Origin: Mobula hypostoma
Lineage: Eukaryota
DNA: 64,000 nucleotides
Direction of reading: 5' to 3'
Assembly: GCF_963921235.1 (NCBI RefSeq)
Contig: NC_086108.1
Coordinates: 70,744,001-70,808,000, forward strand
Shown: one piece after another, positions 1-13,714 of the stretch
Position numbering within the stretch: the stretch's first letter is position 1
How the letters are laid out: each line of letters begins with the position of its first letter
Made by a program: the position numbers and the translations under genes
Notes under the pieces: generated by a model
The model's input: the letters and a program-made list of their open reading frames with translations, nothing else
What the model was told of the DNA's origin: nothing
The model's database searches: none

Positions 1-490
1 TCTTTAGCCAAATTCATCCTACTTATTCTGAGCATTGGCTTTGGTAACAATGGGAAAGCAGGACTTGCTTTCTGCATGACTGTTCACTGCAGTAAATCTG
101 ATTGCAGCACATTACTGCTAAAACACCTGGATTTGTCACTGTGGCCAGACATATCTTTGTTATCAGGCTCAGAAAATCTGAACTGGCAAGGAAAGATAAG
201 GCTGGAATCGAGAGAGTAAATGTTCTGCGAGTGATGGATCAACCTCAGCTGTGGATGGCACATTGCCAAATCAGTTCCATTTATCTGAAGTGCAAGGAGG
301 AGGCAGTTTAAACATGTTTTGTGGGGATTTGAACTTAATAGGTCCAATAGCTATTTGCACTTGCAGTTTTCTCATGTTCCTAAACCAGGGGAGATGTGTT
401 TAAATGCAAAACTCTTTGTTGATGTATATTGTTAAACTCTTGAAGTGAATTCTTTTTTTTAGTGATAATTATGGTCCACATCCAGTCTAA

Positions 491-688
<198 letters not shown>

Positions 689-1959
689 TGAAGATATATA
701 TTAATATATTTAAATTTATACTGTTATGATGTTGCATAACATAAACAGTTTGCAAACGCTTAGAAACAGGCTGCTGTTAAATAAGAGAGAAAGAAATACT
801 TGCAATTATGTAGAACCTAAAGAGCCTCGTATGACCTTGGTACAACCAAGCCACTTCAAGGTCTTTTAAAGAGTTGTCACCATTTCAATGTAAGAAATGC
901 AGCTGCTAAGTTTTTCACAACCAGTTCTGTAAATAACAATGACAAGATATTGAAATAATTTTGGAATTACGCATGATCACGGAATTATGCATCGGCCAGG
1001 GGGTTTTATGCTCCTGCTCTTCTATAAAGTGGTTCCACAGTTTATTTCACATCCACCTATTAAAGCACTGAATCCTGGTTTATAACATTTTGTCTCAGAA
1101 CAGCACTCAAGACAGAAAATGCCAGGAACACTCAGTAAGTTGGAAAGTATCAGTGGAAAGAAAGACAAAATTAACATTTCAGGTCAAAGACTCATTGTCA
1201 GAGTAGGGGAAGAGAGGAAACAAGTCAGATTTAAATTGCAGAGAGAATGCAGCAGGGATGGATAGAACAAAGGGAATATTTTGGAGGTCAGTTCTGCCAT
1301 TGATAAGCTGTTGATAGTGGCTGATAGGTTAATAACAAACCATTTGGGAGTGGGGGGGGGGAGAGAGTACAGCGAACCAAAATGTAAAAGTTTTGAAATG
1401 CAGAATGCCCAGTAAATTAAGCAATGCTAGTGGACAGAGGAAAACTGAGTATTTCAGATGAATGATCCAAAGTGTAACTGGCCAATTCGGATATAACAGA
1501 GAAAGTGTGTAACCTGAAGATATTGAATTCAATACATTGGTATCTGTTTTGATGCTGCATCCTGAGTCAAGTTTAACTGACACACATAGGATTCGTTTTC
1601 GAGCCTCTCACATTTTGACTCAAATTTAACTGAAAGCTTGCATTGTCTTTGCTGCTTATTTCCACCCTCTGCTCACTTTGAAATGGAAACACATGAGATT
1701 GCAGATGCTGGAATCGGAGCAGCAAACAAGATACACAGGGGCTCATGAGGTTTGCGTATTGCTCACGTTGAAGTGACCCATCTCTTACTATTTCCTCCCC
1801 TTTCTGGATCTCTTGTCTTCATCTCAGGGGATAAGGTAATATCAGGCTTCCATTACAGTTTTCTACTGTGACCTTAGTTATACTTCCTCTTACCCTGTCT
1901 CCTGTAAGGCTCTACTCCATCCTCCCTGTGGCTCCATTCCCATCCTATTTGCTCTAACA

Positions 1960-3050
1960 CTGAGATTTTCCACATATCCATTTCTGAGAGGCCTTCCTGA
2001 ACCACGACTTCCCCTCTGGTATATTTGATGAGCCTCAGCTGTATTTCATCTCTTTCCTACACCTCTGTTCTTGCTCACTTTCCTTTTAACAGAGGAAAGT
2101 CAGAGATTCTTTGATCTTCACTTTCAAACTCACTGGTTTCCTCTCTTGAAGAACCATCCCTTGTGTTCTCCACCTTCAGTGAGATTTCACTAACGATTAC
2201 ATCTCCTCCCTGTGCACCACCCACTATTCTCCACTTCCCCTTCCAGGAACTGTTCACTTCCTCATTCCCCGATTTGCCTTTTCATCTCATCCAACCGCTC
2301 CCCTCCTCATAGTACTTCCCCTTGAAACCAAAGGAGTTGCAACACCGGTCCTGTTAACCCTTTCCTTTCTCACCATCTATATGTCTCCAAGTGAAGCTGA
2401 GATTTGTTTGAACTTCTTTCAATCTAATGTATTGTACTTGGTGCTCATGATGCGGTCTCCTCTGCACTGGACAAACCTAGTGCAGATTGGGTGATGAGTC
2501 CTTGGATGATGAGGTGGTCTTCCTGAGTTTCCCATTGCCTGCCCCTTTAAATCTTCATCCTATTCCCATTCTGAACTCTCTGTAGTATTCTGTTCTCCTA
2601 TTACTAGGGCCAATAAAAAACTTTCTGAACAACACCTCGTCTTCTGTCTGGGCATGTTCTGGCCTGGACTGAATATTGAATTCAAAACTTAACACAATTC
2701 GCTTTCTCTGTCTCAGAATTGTTGATGTAGGTTAACCATGATACAGAATCAGATTTTCTGTCTCCACTAGCACAGACTGAACTGATGAGTGTTTTCTATA
2801 TTTGCTGGTGCTTGAGTTCTGTCCCTCTATCAGCCCTTATTAACATTTCAACCAGAAAACTTAAACAACATATCATCACATCCACTGTGGCTTCAGCACA
2901 TCAGAAATATTCCACTACTCCAATCCATCCTTCCGGAACCCTCTGCTAATATAAATCTAACCTCTTTCCTCAGTTCTGGTGAATATTCTTTGACGTGAAG
3001 CTTTAACTCAATTTAATCTTCCATTCCTGTTACCTAATTTGCTGGCATCA
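1960..3050 (+). mobile_element. Old degraded Penelope-like element (GIY-YIG region plus terminal repeat), intronic
   Basis: Around 2420-2495 reads NLMYCTWCS*CGLLCTGQT*CRLGD, a decayed version of the C..C...YIGET..RLGD motif seen intact at 29254-29534. Boundaries approximate. Confidence 0.6.
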
Positions 3051-3806
3051 TGTTGAATGTTTACACTGTTCTGGACAGATTTATTAAATCAAAAATCAGC
3101 TATGGCAAAATAATAATCCATAACATTTTGTCTGACTTTAAGAGATGTTTAATCATGTAAATCTCTCTTCCAAGTAAATAAAAGTGTACCAGATTGTTGC
3201 AGCTTTGATGCTATTTCACTCTGACCACACATTTTTAATATCATCTGCTCCATAACATGATTTATTTGTCCTGAATTCTGAACCATTGAGTCTAGACTGG
3301 AAAAAAATTACAACAGCCAGAGTTCCTCCCATTTTCTGCTGTTTCTTTTTCTTCATTCAGATTTAATTACTTAAATTGCTTTTAATTATCAGTCTGTTTT
3401 CTCTCGAATCTCAGATATTCTCTGTAGATTTATTCTCCTCACAAACATATTGCGCTAAATCTGGTTTAATTGCAACTGATGGTTCCATGGAGAATTGCTG
3501 GCTATCAGCTGGTCAATATTTGGTGCATCTTGAACAATGTGTGTGCACTTTGAAACACGGAACCCACTAATGTCTTAATGTTGAGGTTCGGTGCCTTTGA
3601 CCACCTGCTCCATCGATGGACTGGCATTGACTTCAGTCATGGAGTACAGAATATTCCACTTAACACCTCGTCCCTCAGCACTCTTCAGATCCCAGATACT
3701 GCCTCAGTCTCTAGACTAATCACTCATTGATCTGCATAATTTCTCCACACAAAGTTTCTGTCAGTCTTCAGGGGCAAATAATAAATTGCTTATTATTCCT
3801 CCACAG

Positions 3807-3985
3807 GCAGCGAACAGATTTTAGAAACTCCAAATCCATCCAGCGGGCCAAGCACAATTAGGAAGCAACTTCAGAATCGAAGATTAGATTGCAGCCAGTC
3901 AGATCCCAAGGCTGAATCCGACCGATTATTCCAGAGATGTTTCATGGCCACAGTTACAACAATTAACAAACAGGGACCCCCATGA
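3807..3985 (+). CDS. SHISAL2A: SHISAL2A terminal coding exon
   Basis: Acceptor tattcctccacag ends at 3806 and is phase-1 compatible with the previous exon. Reads GSEQILETPNPSSGPSTIRKQLQNRRLDCSQSDPKAESDRLFQRCFMATVTTINKQGPP*, TGA at 3983-3985. The CFMATVTT motif is what I recall from the FAM159A (not FAM159B) C-terminus. Confidence 0.85.
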
Positions 3986-4904
3986 GGTTCCTGCTGTTTC
4001 TACAAACGTTTGTAGTTTGGAATCAATCATGATAAATTGTTGTATGAGTTGTGTTTGTGCAATTGCCACATTTTACAATATTGCCTTTGTAATGGTTGCA
4101 GGAACTTTGTTAAACATTTTTGAAAGTGAAGCTAATGTTGTTGGTCTTTAATTTAGTGAACTTTAGATGGGAAAGAAAGATTGGGGAGTGAGGAAAGACA
4201 TAAATTATGACCTGGGCAATAAGAATGATTCAAAAAAGTATGAAAGAGGTTAAGACAATGATTGATTTCATTTTTTGCTATTTTTCTTCCATCTCCTGCA
4301 AAGTTGCCAGGGATTCAGATTGACCAGAAGAGTTTTAGTTGATAACTGATAAACTTGGAATTTTGGGTCAAAACTATAACCGTCATATCTACATATACTT
4401 ATTGTTTATGCACAAGGAATTTTAAACCTTTTTTAAAGACCTGGACCATCATAAGATACATATATAAGGCTGTAGTCGTGATGCATGGCTTTCCTATCTA
4501 AGTAAAAACTATTCCTATCATACAGATACATTCTAATTTGGAGAATTAAGTTGTTGATCACTCTATGACAAACTTGGTAGATAATCCATTAATTCAAAAG
4601 TAATCTGCATTAAATGAGAAATGGGTTCAGGCCTTCCTTGTGGGTGATTGTGCTATCAATTCAGAATGTGGTCCTGGCAGTGGAAATGTTTTCTGTATCT
4701 TTAATTACATGTACCATTGGAAGTTGATCTGATTTTGAAAGAAGTATCTTGATTTCCTCAGTGTCTGCTTGAATGTCAAAAGATACCTGAATGCAGCTTA
4801 GAGAGCAAACTTGCACTTCATTAGTTATTTTATTCATTCAAGGGTCATAGGTTTTGCAGGCTGAGCCAGCATTTAATTGTCTATTCCTAACTGCCTTAAG
4901 TATG

Positions 4905-5085
4905 TCCCTCCCCTGCCCACCTTCATACTTTGACTTCTCATCTTTTTTTCTCCAGTCTTGATGAAGGGTCTCGGCCCGAAACGTTGACTGTTTTCCATCG
5001 ATGCTGCCTGGCCTGCTGAGTTCCAGCAGCGCTTTGTGTGTGTGTTTCTTGGATTTCCAGCATCTGCTGATTTCTCTCTTGTTTG
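4905..5085 (+). mobile_element. PLE terminal repeat (pLTR) fragment
   Basis: gatgaagggtctcggcccgaaacgttgactg...gatgctgcctggcctgctgagttccagcagc...ttccagcatctgc, the same repeat family as 29535-29909. Confidence 0.8.
4953..4990 (+). ncRNA. Minimal type I hammerhead ribozyme variant in a pLTR (C3U)
   Basis: cagtc-TTGATGA-agggtctcggccc-GAAAC-GTT-gactg. Stem I is cagtc/gactg and stem II is GGGU/GCCC. Core position C3 is changed to U. Confidence 0.55.
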
Positions 5086-5099
5086 TGTCTGGTTAGACC

Positions 5100-5640
5100 A
5101 TTGGAATGTTGTGTAGAGTTCGGATCACCTCGTTATAGGAAAGATGTGGAAGCTTTAGAGTGGGTGCAGAGGAGATTCACCAGTACCCGCTGTCTGGATT
5201 AGAGAGCACATCTTATGAAGGTAGGTTGTGTGAGCTAGGTCTATTCTCTTTGGAGAGAAGGAGGATGAAAGGTAACTTCACAGGTATACAGAATGATAAA
5301 AGACATAGATAGTGGACACCCAGAGATGGTTTCCCTTGGGGTGGAAATGGCTGATATGGAAGGGCAAAATTTTAAGTTCTTTGGAGGAAAATATAGGGGG
5401 GGATGTTAGAGATAGGTTTTCCCACTCAGAATGGTGGGTGCTTGGAATGCGCTGCTGGGGTGGTAATAGAGAGAGATTCATTAAGGACATTTAAAAACTC
5501 TTAGATAGGCACATGGATGAAAGAAAAACAAAGGGTCATGTGGAAGGAAAGGGTTAGATTGACCTTGGAGTAGGTTAAAGGGTCAGCACACATTGTGGGT
5601 GGGAGGCCCTGGTCTGTGCTGTACTGTTCTATGTTCTTTA
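5100..5640 (+). mobile_element. CR1/HER1-type LINE 3' fragment
   Basis: Decayed QFWSP..RKDVEALERVQRRFTR coding segment, followed by the 3' UTR and a tgttctatgttct tail. Confidence 0.8.
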
Positions 5641-7384
5641 TTCATTTGTTCTCTCCACCACTCCTCCTCCCTTGCAATTTAAATAAACTTATTTTCTCTC
5701 TTTTGCGGATGCTTTGCAGAGGGTCATTGATCTGAAATGTTAACTTTGTTTCTTTTCTTGATCTGCCTGGTATCCCCAGCATTTATTGTACGTCAAGTTG
5801 AGACTGGATTATTGTCATTGGTTTGAACAACTAGACCATTACATTTGCAGTCGTGCCTGTCAAAATTTCCAAATTTCATTTAGCTGGACAATGGTACTTC
5901 CTTATAAAGACAAGATGTGTAGGTATGATCTTGTGAGTCAAAATAGTCAGAGGGAAATAACAACATCAATTAGGATTAGTTAAACTGGAAGCTGAAAATA
6001 TATTATTAAGGTAGATAAAGAGATTTACCGGTGCAAACTTGTGAGCGTAATAGTGGAGGCTGGTGAGAAACTGCCAGCCTAATGCTAGTATGAGATCAAA
6101 GGAAGAGTAATGACAGCATGAACTTACAATGGCTGGACTATTTGCAAAAACAATTTGAATAAATAATAATCAAGTTAATTTAACTTGTGATCTGCTAATG
6201 ATAGATTCCAATATATAAAGCATAAATACGCACTCACATTTGAATTTGAAAGAGGATTCTGAGCAAGGGCAAGAAGCTGGTGCTGTAAATGACAGGGACA
6301 ACATGCATTACATTTTCATACATCAAGCTAAGGCATGATTAAATAATATTTAACAAAACATTTATTGCTTATAATAAGATTATTTTAAGAATCTTGCTTT
6401 AACGTATTAAGAATTGAACTACAAAATGAAGTGCTGGTGAGCATGGATGTTGTGGCTATAAGAATTGTCACTAAAAGGGGGAGAGGGAGTGGGTTCTGAG
6501 GGAATATTGGACACCAGATTTACAATTCTAATTGATGGCTGGAATGGCAATCATTTTGTGGTGTCACAAACGCCAGCTAGACTTTAATAAAGACACAGAG
6601 AATCTGGAGGGGCAGCATCTGTAGAGAAAAAGGGATTCTGGGTAAAGCCAAAGTACAATTGCATTAGTACAAAGGAAACTAGCATTTACAGTGTCAAATG
6701 ATCAAACTTGCACTACAAGATGATGTTAAACACAACTGAATAGTCAAAGCTATGGAATAGATTATTTAAATGTGCAAAGTGAGAGTAGTGACTTGCTGGT
6801 TGATGTCCATAATAACATCGGGGAGTCATTGAGATACAAGTCTACTAACTGAACATCATTTTACATCTTGGTTCACTAAAAAGTAGGAAGCCCAGGAAAG
6901 CAGTGAATAAAAGGAATCTTATGTGAAATTATTGTTAACAGATGTTTGTCTTCACTTCAATTTTAATTTAGTATTAGTGAAATGCTGCAATGCTTCTGGC
7001 CTTGTTAAAATGTGTTGCTTGTTTTAACACTTCTGTAAAAGCTTGATATTATATTGCACTGTCTTTACTTGTGTTATAATTAAAAAATCTACTTCATTAT
7101 GTATATCATTGAATGGATTTTTTTTTTTGGTTATGTCTCTGACATAAACTTGATTGGTAAAATTTAACAATATAACCTGTTACACGGTAAAACTTTCTGG
7201 GTGACCATCTCAATTTGCTTATTTTAACTTGTGCTCAGAGTTATCTCGGAATCAGAATAAGGGTTACTATCAATTTTAAAATTAAATAAATAGTATAAAA
7301 GAGCAAAAATAGTGAAGTAGTGTTCATGAGTTGGTTCATTGTCTGTTAAGAAAGCTGATGTGGAGAGGAAGAAGCTGTTCCTAA

Positions 7385-7520
7385 AATAGAAACATAGAAA
7401 CATAGAAAACCTACAGCACAATACAGGCCCTTCGGCCCACAATGCAGTGCTGAACATGTACTTACTTTAGAAATTACCTAGGGTTATCCATAGCCCTCTA
7501 TTTTTCTAAGCTCCATGTAC
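7385..7520 (-). mobile_element. HER1/CR1 extreme 3' end
   Basis: (ATAGAAAC)n tail followed by ctacagcacaatacaggcccttcggcccac, near-identical to 16086-16215. Confidence 0.85.
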
Positions 7521-7626
7521 CCTCAAGCTCCTGTCCCTCCTCTCTGATGGTAGCAATGAGAAGAGGGCATGTCCTGGGTGATGGTGCCTTTTTGAGGCAT
7601 CGCCTTTGGAATTTTTTTTTATTTTG

Positions 7627-7892
7627 AGATTCAGCATGGAATAGGCCCTGCGGGTCCTTTGAGCCATGTCACCCAGCAATCCCTGACAACCTAGCCTGAT
7701 TGGGACAACTTACAATGACCAATTAACCTAACTGGCACATCTTTGGACCGTGGGAGGTAACTGGAGCACCCAGAGACCCTCATGCATTCCACAGAGAGGA
7801 CATACAAACTCCTTACAGAGGACAACGGGATTAAACTCCAAACTCCGTCCTGAGCCGTAATTTCATCGCTCTAACCGCTGCACTACCATGGC
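7627..7892 (-). mobile_element. HE1-like V-SINE
   Basis: tRNA-like head on the minus strand (ggtagtgcagcggttagagcg) and a V-domain-like core (plus strand ggagcacccagag...acatacaaactcc). Confidence 0.7.
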
Positions 7893-10814
7893 AAATACGT
7901 CCGCGATGATGGGGAAATTTGTGCCCATGATGGAGCTGACTGAGTTTGCAACCCTCTGTCGCTTTTTTTGATCCTGTGTGGTGCCCCCCCACCCCATACC
8001 AGATAGTGATGCAAATAGCTAGAATGCTCTCCATGGTACATCGATAAAAATTTGTTTGTCTTTGGTGACATACCAAATCTCCTCGAACTCCGAATGAAAT
8101 ATTGCCGCTGTCTTGTGTTCTTTGTAGTTGCATCAATATCCTGGGCACAGGATAGATTTTCAGAAATGTTGACACTCAGGATCTTGGAACTGCTCAGCCC
8201 TTCAAGATACGTTGAGGACTGGTCGGTGACTTCCCTTTCCTGAGGTCCACAATCAATTCCTTGAGTGTAAGTTCGATGTTGTGACACCACTCAACCAGCT
8301 GATCTGTCTCACTCCCGTATGCCTTCTTGTCATCGTCTGAGATTCTGCCAACAACAGCTGTGTCATTAGCAAATTTATAGATGACGTTTGACCTGTATCA
8401 CTGTTGTTGGTGTAGAGAGAGTAGAGCAGTGGGCTAAGCATGCATCCTTGAGGTGTGTCAGTGTTGACTGACAGTGAGGAGGAGACACGGAGGATGTAAA
8501 GAGGCTTCAAGTCAATATAGACAGACATGACTGAGTGACTAAGAACATAATAAATTCATTATAATGTGGAAAAATACGCATTTATCCAATTTGGTGCACA
8601 AAAATGCAGGGAATTTTGAACTGTAAGAGATTGAGAAATGTTGATGTTAGTGGTCACCGAAAATCAACATGCAAGTGCAGGAGCTAACTAGGAAGGCAAA
8701 CGGGATGTTGACCTTTAAGAGAGGATTTGATTGCAGGAGGAAAATGTCATACTGCAAGTATATGGAGTTTTGGTGAAATGCAGCAGGAGTATCAGGTCCT
8801 GGGTATTATGCATCTTTTTCACCTTATCTACTTGCAACAGAGGGAGTGAAGCAAAGGTTCAAGGGTCTGCTTCAACATAAACCCATTTAGTAAAGTTCCC
8901 CATTCTATCAGAGCCAATTCTCATTTCACCTTTGCCATTTCCTTTGTTCAGATTCGACACACTTGGTTCCGTTTCATCTGAAGAAATCTATCTTGTTCAC
9001 TCAAAGACCATGCAGAAAAAACTTGATAATTATTTCTCTCTCGTTGTCTGGTACCCCACCCAAGATCAGCCTGTTCTCTTGTTGCTTTCTTAAACTATTG
9101 GTTTAAAAAAAATCATCCATGTACACATTCCAGAAGTTCCTCTTCCACGGTATTGTTACCAGTTTGGTCGGGACAACCTATATGTAGATGCAAGTCACTT
9201 ACAGTTATCGTTGAACTTTCTTGTATGTATCTCTAATTTCTTGTTTAATTCTGTTCCCTACATCACCATTAACGGTTAGGGGCTCATAGATTACACCCCT
9301 CCCACCATTGTTTTCTGCACCTTAGTGTTTCTTAACTCCATCCATAAAGAGTTATGATTTTCTGAGCTGATATCCATCCTTGCCATTGCTTTGATTACCT
9401 CCTTTACTAATCACAACATCTCTCCCTGAAGAAACATTGAGTGTTCATTTGCATAGATTCTGCCTAATTTGCTGAGTTCCTCCAGCATTTTGTGCGTGTA
9501 TGTGTTGCTTTGGATTTTCAGCATCTGCAGAATCTCTTGTGTTCAGCTTCTTCCTTTCCCCCTTTTCCTCTCTTCCCTAAATACTAAATATCTCTGGATG
9601 TTCAGTTTCCATTCTTGATCACAATGCAGCTATTTCTCTGCAACAACAACAATATGATAACTCTGTACCTCTATTGAGGTGTTTAATCATTTATCTTATT
9701 GCGATTGCTTCATGCATCAAGTCACAACATCTTTAGGCTTATCATTTGAACATTTTTAACCCTTTGCACTCTGGCCTCAAGTGCTTCTCATTCTTGTTTG
9801 TTCTGCCTTCTACTTTTGCTTTTTCCTGTTCTGTCTTTCTTTCCACCCCCACTGCTTCCTGCTCAAGTTGTCCTTGCCTCTCATTCCCTTTTAAACCTCT
9901 CCATCCGACTGCCCCTACAAACACCTACCCTCTCTCCTACCCCACAGAGATGTTGTTCTAAGGTGGCCCTTCCAGTTTATTTGGGTCCCATCTTTACCAC
10001 TGATCCCAGTGTCCCAGCAATTTCAGTTCCCTCCTCTTACACTCTGTATATTGGATAAATATCTTCCTACTTTTACTCTCCTTATTATATTGTATTCTAA
10101 GTAATTCTTAGTTATTTTAAGAGTAATTCCATTATTGTTTATATCCTGCTTTTCAGTTTACTTCCCATCTTCCTACAGTTATCTTGTATCAGTACCAACA
10201 TGTACCACAACAACTTGCTGTTCTCCTCCCCTCCAGAATCAATTGAAGATCAGCCTTAATTGTAATGAAAGGCCAAAACATGCTTAAAGGCCAAATAACC
10301 TGCTCCAATTTCTCATGTGCTGTGTGATTGTAAAATGCTGTGGTGACTGGTAGAAACTCGTGGGCCAGCAGGTGAAAACATGGACTACCATACTGATATG
10401 AATAGGAAAGGAAGTTGTAATAGAGGATTAGAAAATAGAATGAGTGCATTCTACTTCACCACATTGCATCTAAAACTCTCAACTGAGAGTCACATGATAG
10501 TTCCATTTAAAAGCTTAATTTAACACAATACCAGGCTATACCGTGTAATTTTTGACATTAGTTTTTTACTTCACACCTGAAAATGAAATGTTAAGTACAA
10601 TGCTTCCAGAGATCCGTAGATGTGTTTTTATAAACTGTGCCAACCATTCTCCCAGGGACTGCTTATTATGTGATTATATTTTTCAAAATGTCAATTTCCA
10701 TTACATTTTCACACATTCTTTGAAGACTTTAGAATTCTCCTAACAAACCAACAAGATCAGTAGAAACTCTTGAAACAGAGCCTTCAAGGCAGGCAAACAC
10801 CTTAGATAGAATTG

Positions 10815-10946
10815 TGTTCTCTCAGTAAACTGGTCAAGAATCAAACTACGGACAATGAAGGTTGGGCACACAGCTGAACAAAGTGCACATAGCAGCCGAC
10901 TACTTTGACATGGTAAAATCATCAGGCTATCCCCACCACTGCATGC
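10815..10946. repeat. Left arm of a 132-bp inverted repeat (partner 14579-14710)
   Basis: Direct alignment to the reverse complement of 14579-14710 gives about 10 substitutions over 132 bp and no internal gaps. Confidence 0.92.
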
Positions 10947-10950
10947 GACG

Positions 10951-11335
10951 CAGTGACGGAGGATGAGAGGTGACCTGACAGAGGTGTACATGATGATGAG
11001 AGGCATTGATCATGTGGATAGTCAGAGGCTCCTTCCCAGGGCTGAAATAGCTAGCATGAAAGGGCACAGTTTTAAGGTGCTTGGAAGGAGGTACAGAGGA
11101 GATGTCAGGGAAAGATTTTTATGCAGAGAGTGATGAGTGCGTGGAATGGGCTACCAGTAACGGTGGTGGAAGCGGAAACAATAGGGTCTTTTAAGAGACT
11201 CCTGGACAGGTATATAGAGCTCAGAAAAATCGAGGGCTATGGGTAACCCTAGGTAATTTCTCAGGTAAGAACATGTTTGGCACAGCTTTGTGGGCCAAAG
11301 GGCCTGTATTGTGCTGTAGGTTTTCTGTGTTTCTA
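10951..11335 (+). mobile_element. HER1/CR1 3' fragment
   Basis: RRMRGDLTEVYMMMRG coding segment and a 3' UTR ending gtgctgtaggttttctgtgtttcta. Confidence 0.85.
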
Positions 11336-12526
11336 GAACTTGGATCTCTGCTTTGAATGCAGCTGACCCAGTGTTATGTAATGGAGTCTGGTCTGGTCAG
11401 CCAGGCTCTTTATGGGTAGCAAAATAATCACTGCTCTTTGACTTTCTTCTGGGTAAAGAACTTCATGCACAGTAAACGAGCCAGGAAAGTGGCCTTGAAA
11501 TGGGGAGGAGGACAAAGGGCCTGAGTGCTCTGAGGGGAAGGCTCATAGCTGTCGGAAGGTGCTGAAATGATGGTGGCACAAGCTAGACAAGCAGTGTGGC
11601 TGGATGCACCGCCCTCCTTTGGGATCGCTGCTCCATAATACTTTCTGGCATTACAAAAGTGAATGAAATCACCATGCATGCTTTGTGTTGATTTGATTTG
11701 TGACTCTTTTGAATTTAGCACAATCACTGTTACAGGGCAAAGATCAGCAAGGGCTAATAACTAGTAAATAGGGATGTGGACTGTGCTAACGTAAGGGAAC
11801 TGCAGACACACGTAGAGACATGGAATGCAGCAGTGAAGACGCCTGAGCTTCAGGAACATCACTAATTATGTTACAGTGTGCACCCAATGTTGTAATAAGA
11901 AATTGAATTCCCTGTCATTTCATTCTGTAATCATGACCTAGTCTGTTACTTAATTAAGTCTTCCTGTCACCACCATATGTTTTCAAAATGTAGTTTTGCT
12001 GGTAATCTCGTCAACAGAATGTAAAAGTTGTACCAAATTCATGCTCAGGTATATTGGCTTTGACTGGTCTCCAGGTTTTAATAAATCACTTGTTATTTTG
12101 AACAGCAGCTCAAAGGGAGTCATGTTGCCAAACTCTGAAGGGGCTAAAAGCATGTCCATTTATTACTAAAAGTTACTCTTCAGTGTGGTTAAGCATGAAA
12201 GGGAAGTTGATGGATGTGTGTGAAAGTGAGTAAGCTGCAGGGATACAGGGAAGTATGGAGAGAACTGCGGCTAAACGATCACTGCAAACAATGGAGAGGT
12301 GAGCGGAGGTGAGGCAGGGTTGAAGTGAGTGGGGGTGAAGCAGAATCGAGACAAGATCGAGGCAGAAACGGGGCTCGTGGAGTTCTGTCCAACTAAACCG
12401 AGAGTGAGGAAAAACTGGAGGGTTGATCGATCTAAGTGCCAAGTTGATTTTCAACGGCCTGGGTACAGGCTGAAACACACTTGCACGGACCAGGCCCACA
12501 GAATATCAGAGCGACAGGGCCGGGTC

Positions 12527-13161
12527 CTAGACTGAGGAATGACCTGAACCGGTGTCTGGACTAGAGTGAGGAACGACCTGAACCGGTGTCTGGACGATGT
12601 CTGGACTAGAGTGAGGAACGATCTGAACCGATGTCTGGACTAGAGTGAGGAACGACCTGAACCGGTGTCTGGACTAGAGTGAGGAACGACCTGAACCGGT
12701 GTCTGGACGATGTCTGGACTAGAGTGAGGAACGATTTGAACGGATGTCTGGACTAGAGTGAGGAACGACCTGAACCGGTGTCTAGACGATGTCTGGACTA
12801 GAGTGAGGAACGATCTGAACCGATGTCTGGACTAGAGTGAGGAACGACCTGAACCGGTGTCTGGACTAGAGTGAGGAACGACCTGAACCAATGTCTGGAC
12901 TAGAGTGAGGAACGACCTGAACCGGTGTCTGGACTAGAGTGAGGAACGACCTGAACCGGTGTCTGGACTAGAGTGAGGAATGACCTGAACCGGTGTCTGG
13001 ACGATGTCTGGACTAGAGTGAGGAACGACCTGAACCGGTGTCTGGACTAGAGTGAGGAAAACGACCTGAACCAATGTCTGGACTAGAGTGAGGAACGACC
13101 TGAACCGGTGTCTGGACGATGTCTGGACTAGAGTGAGGAACGACCTGAACCAGTGTCTGGA
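12527..13161. repeat. 34-bp minisatellite, 17 tandem units (CTAGAGTGAGGAACGACCTGAACCGGTGTCTGGA)
   Basis: Counted 17 units. Five carry an extra 11-bp CGATGTCTGGA and one has a 2-bp insertion (17x34+55+2=635 bp, matching the span). An 18th unit sits at 13198-13231 inside a ~70-bp duplication. Confidence 0.97.
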
Positions 13162-13714
13162 CTATTTAGACGCAGGGCCAGATTGAAAAGTCAGGTCCTA
13201 GTGTGAGGAATGACCTGAACCGATGTCTGGACGATTTAAATGCAGGGCCAGATAGAAAAGTCAGGATGTTGGGACCAGAGGTGAGAGTCTGGCCAGTTCT
13301 GCTTGCTACTCTCAGTGATCTGACTGTGATGTCAACTCAATTTAGTTTACATGTCATTCTTTTTCCCCTTCCTCATTAGCATACCGTGATCTGGTATCTG
13401 CAACACACCACATTTCTTTATTACCCTTAAATGACTCAGTAATTATCCATTCCTTTACCAACCACGGAACCAACCTACCATAGACATCCCCCTTGTCCCT
13501 TCCATTTCTCACTTCCTTCTTCTCTTCAGAACTAACCCCTTTCCCCTCTCTTTCCCAATTCCAATGCACTTCTTTGCCCTGAAGTATTACCTCAGTTTCT
13601 CTTTTCACAGGTGCTGTCTGATCTGTTGAGAGTTTCCTGCATTTTTCGTTTTTCATTTTGCAGTGACATATATCCCACTGTTTATGAAATGAAAAGCTTT
13701 TATGCTCAGGTAAA

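Larger units (their letters stand above)
7245..8485 (-). mobile_element. Degraded Rex1/Babar LINE 3' half with nested insertions
   Basis: Minus-strand fragments TPQGCMLSPLLYSLYT, ATTKNTRQRQYFIR and NFYRCTMESIL are homologous to the better-preserved copy at 25174-27481. Confidence 0.8.

Noticed and set aside
10300..10392. Possible 93-nt minus-strand exon (YGSPCFHLLAHEFLPVTTAFYNHTAHEKLEQ)
   Set aside because: The acceptor is reasonable but the donor (GTTATT) is weak; I recognise no protein and found no partner exons.
12527..13161. CRISPR-like array
   Set aside because: Units are contiguous with no unique spacers, there are no cas genes, and the context is vertebrate.
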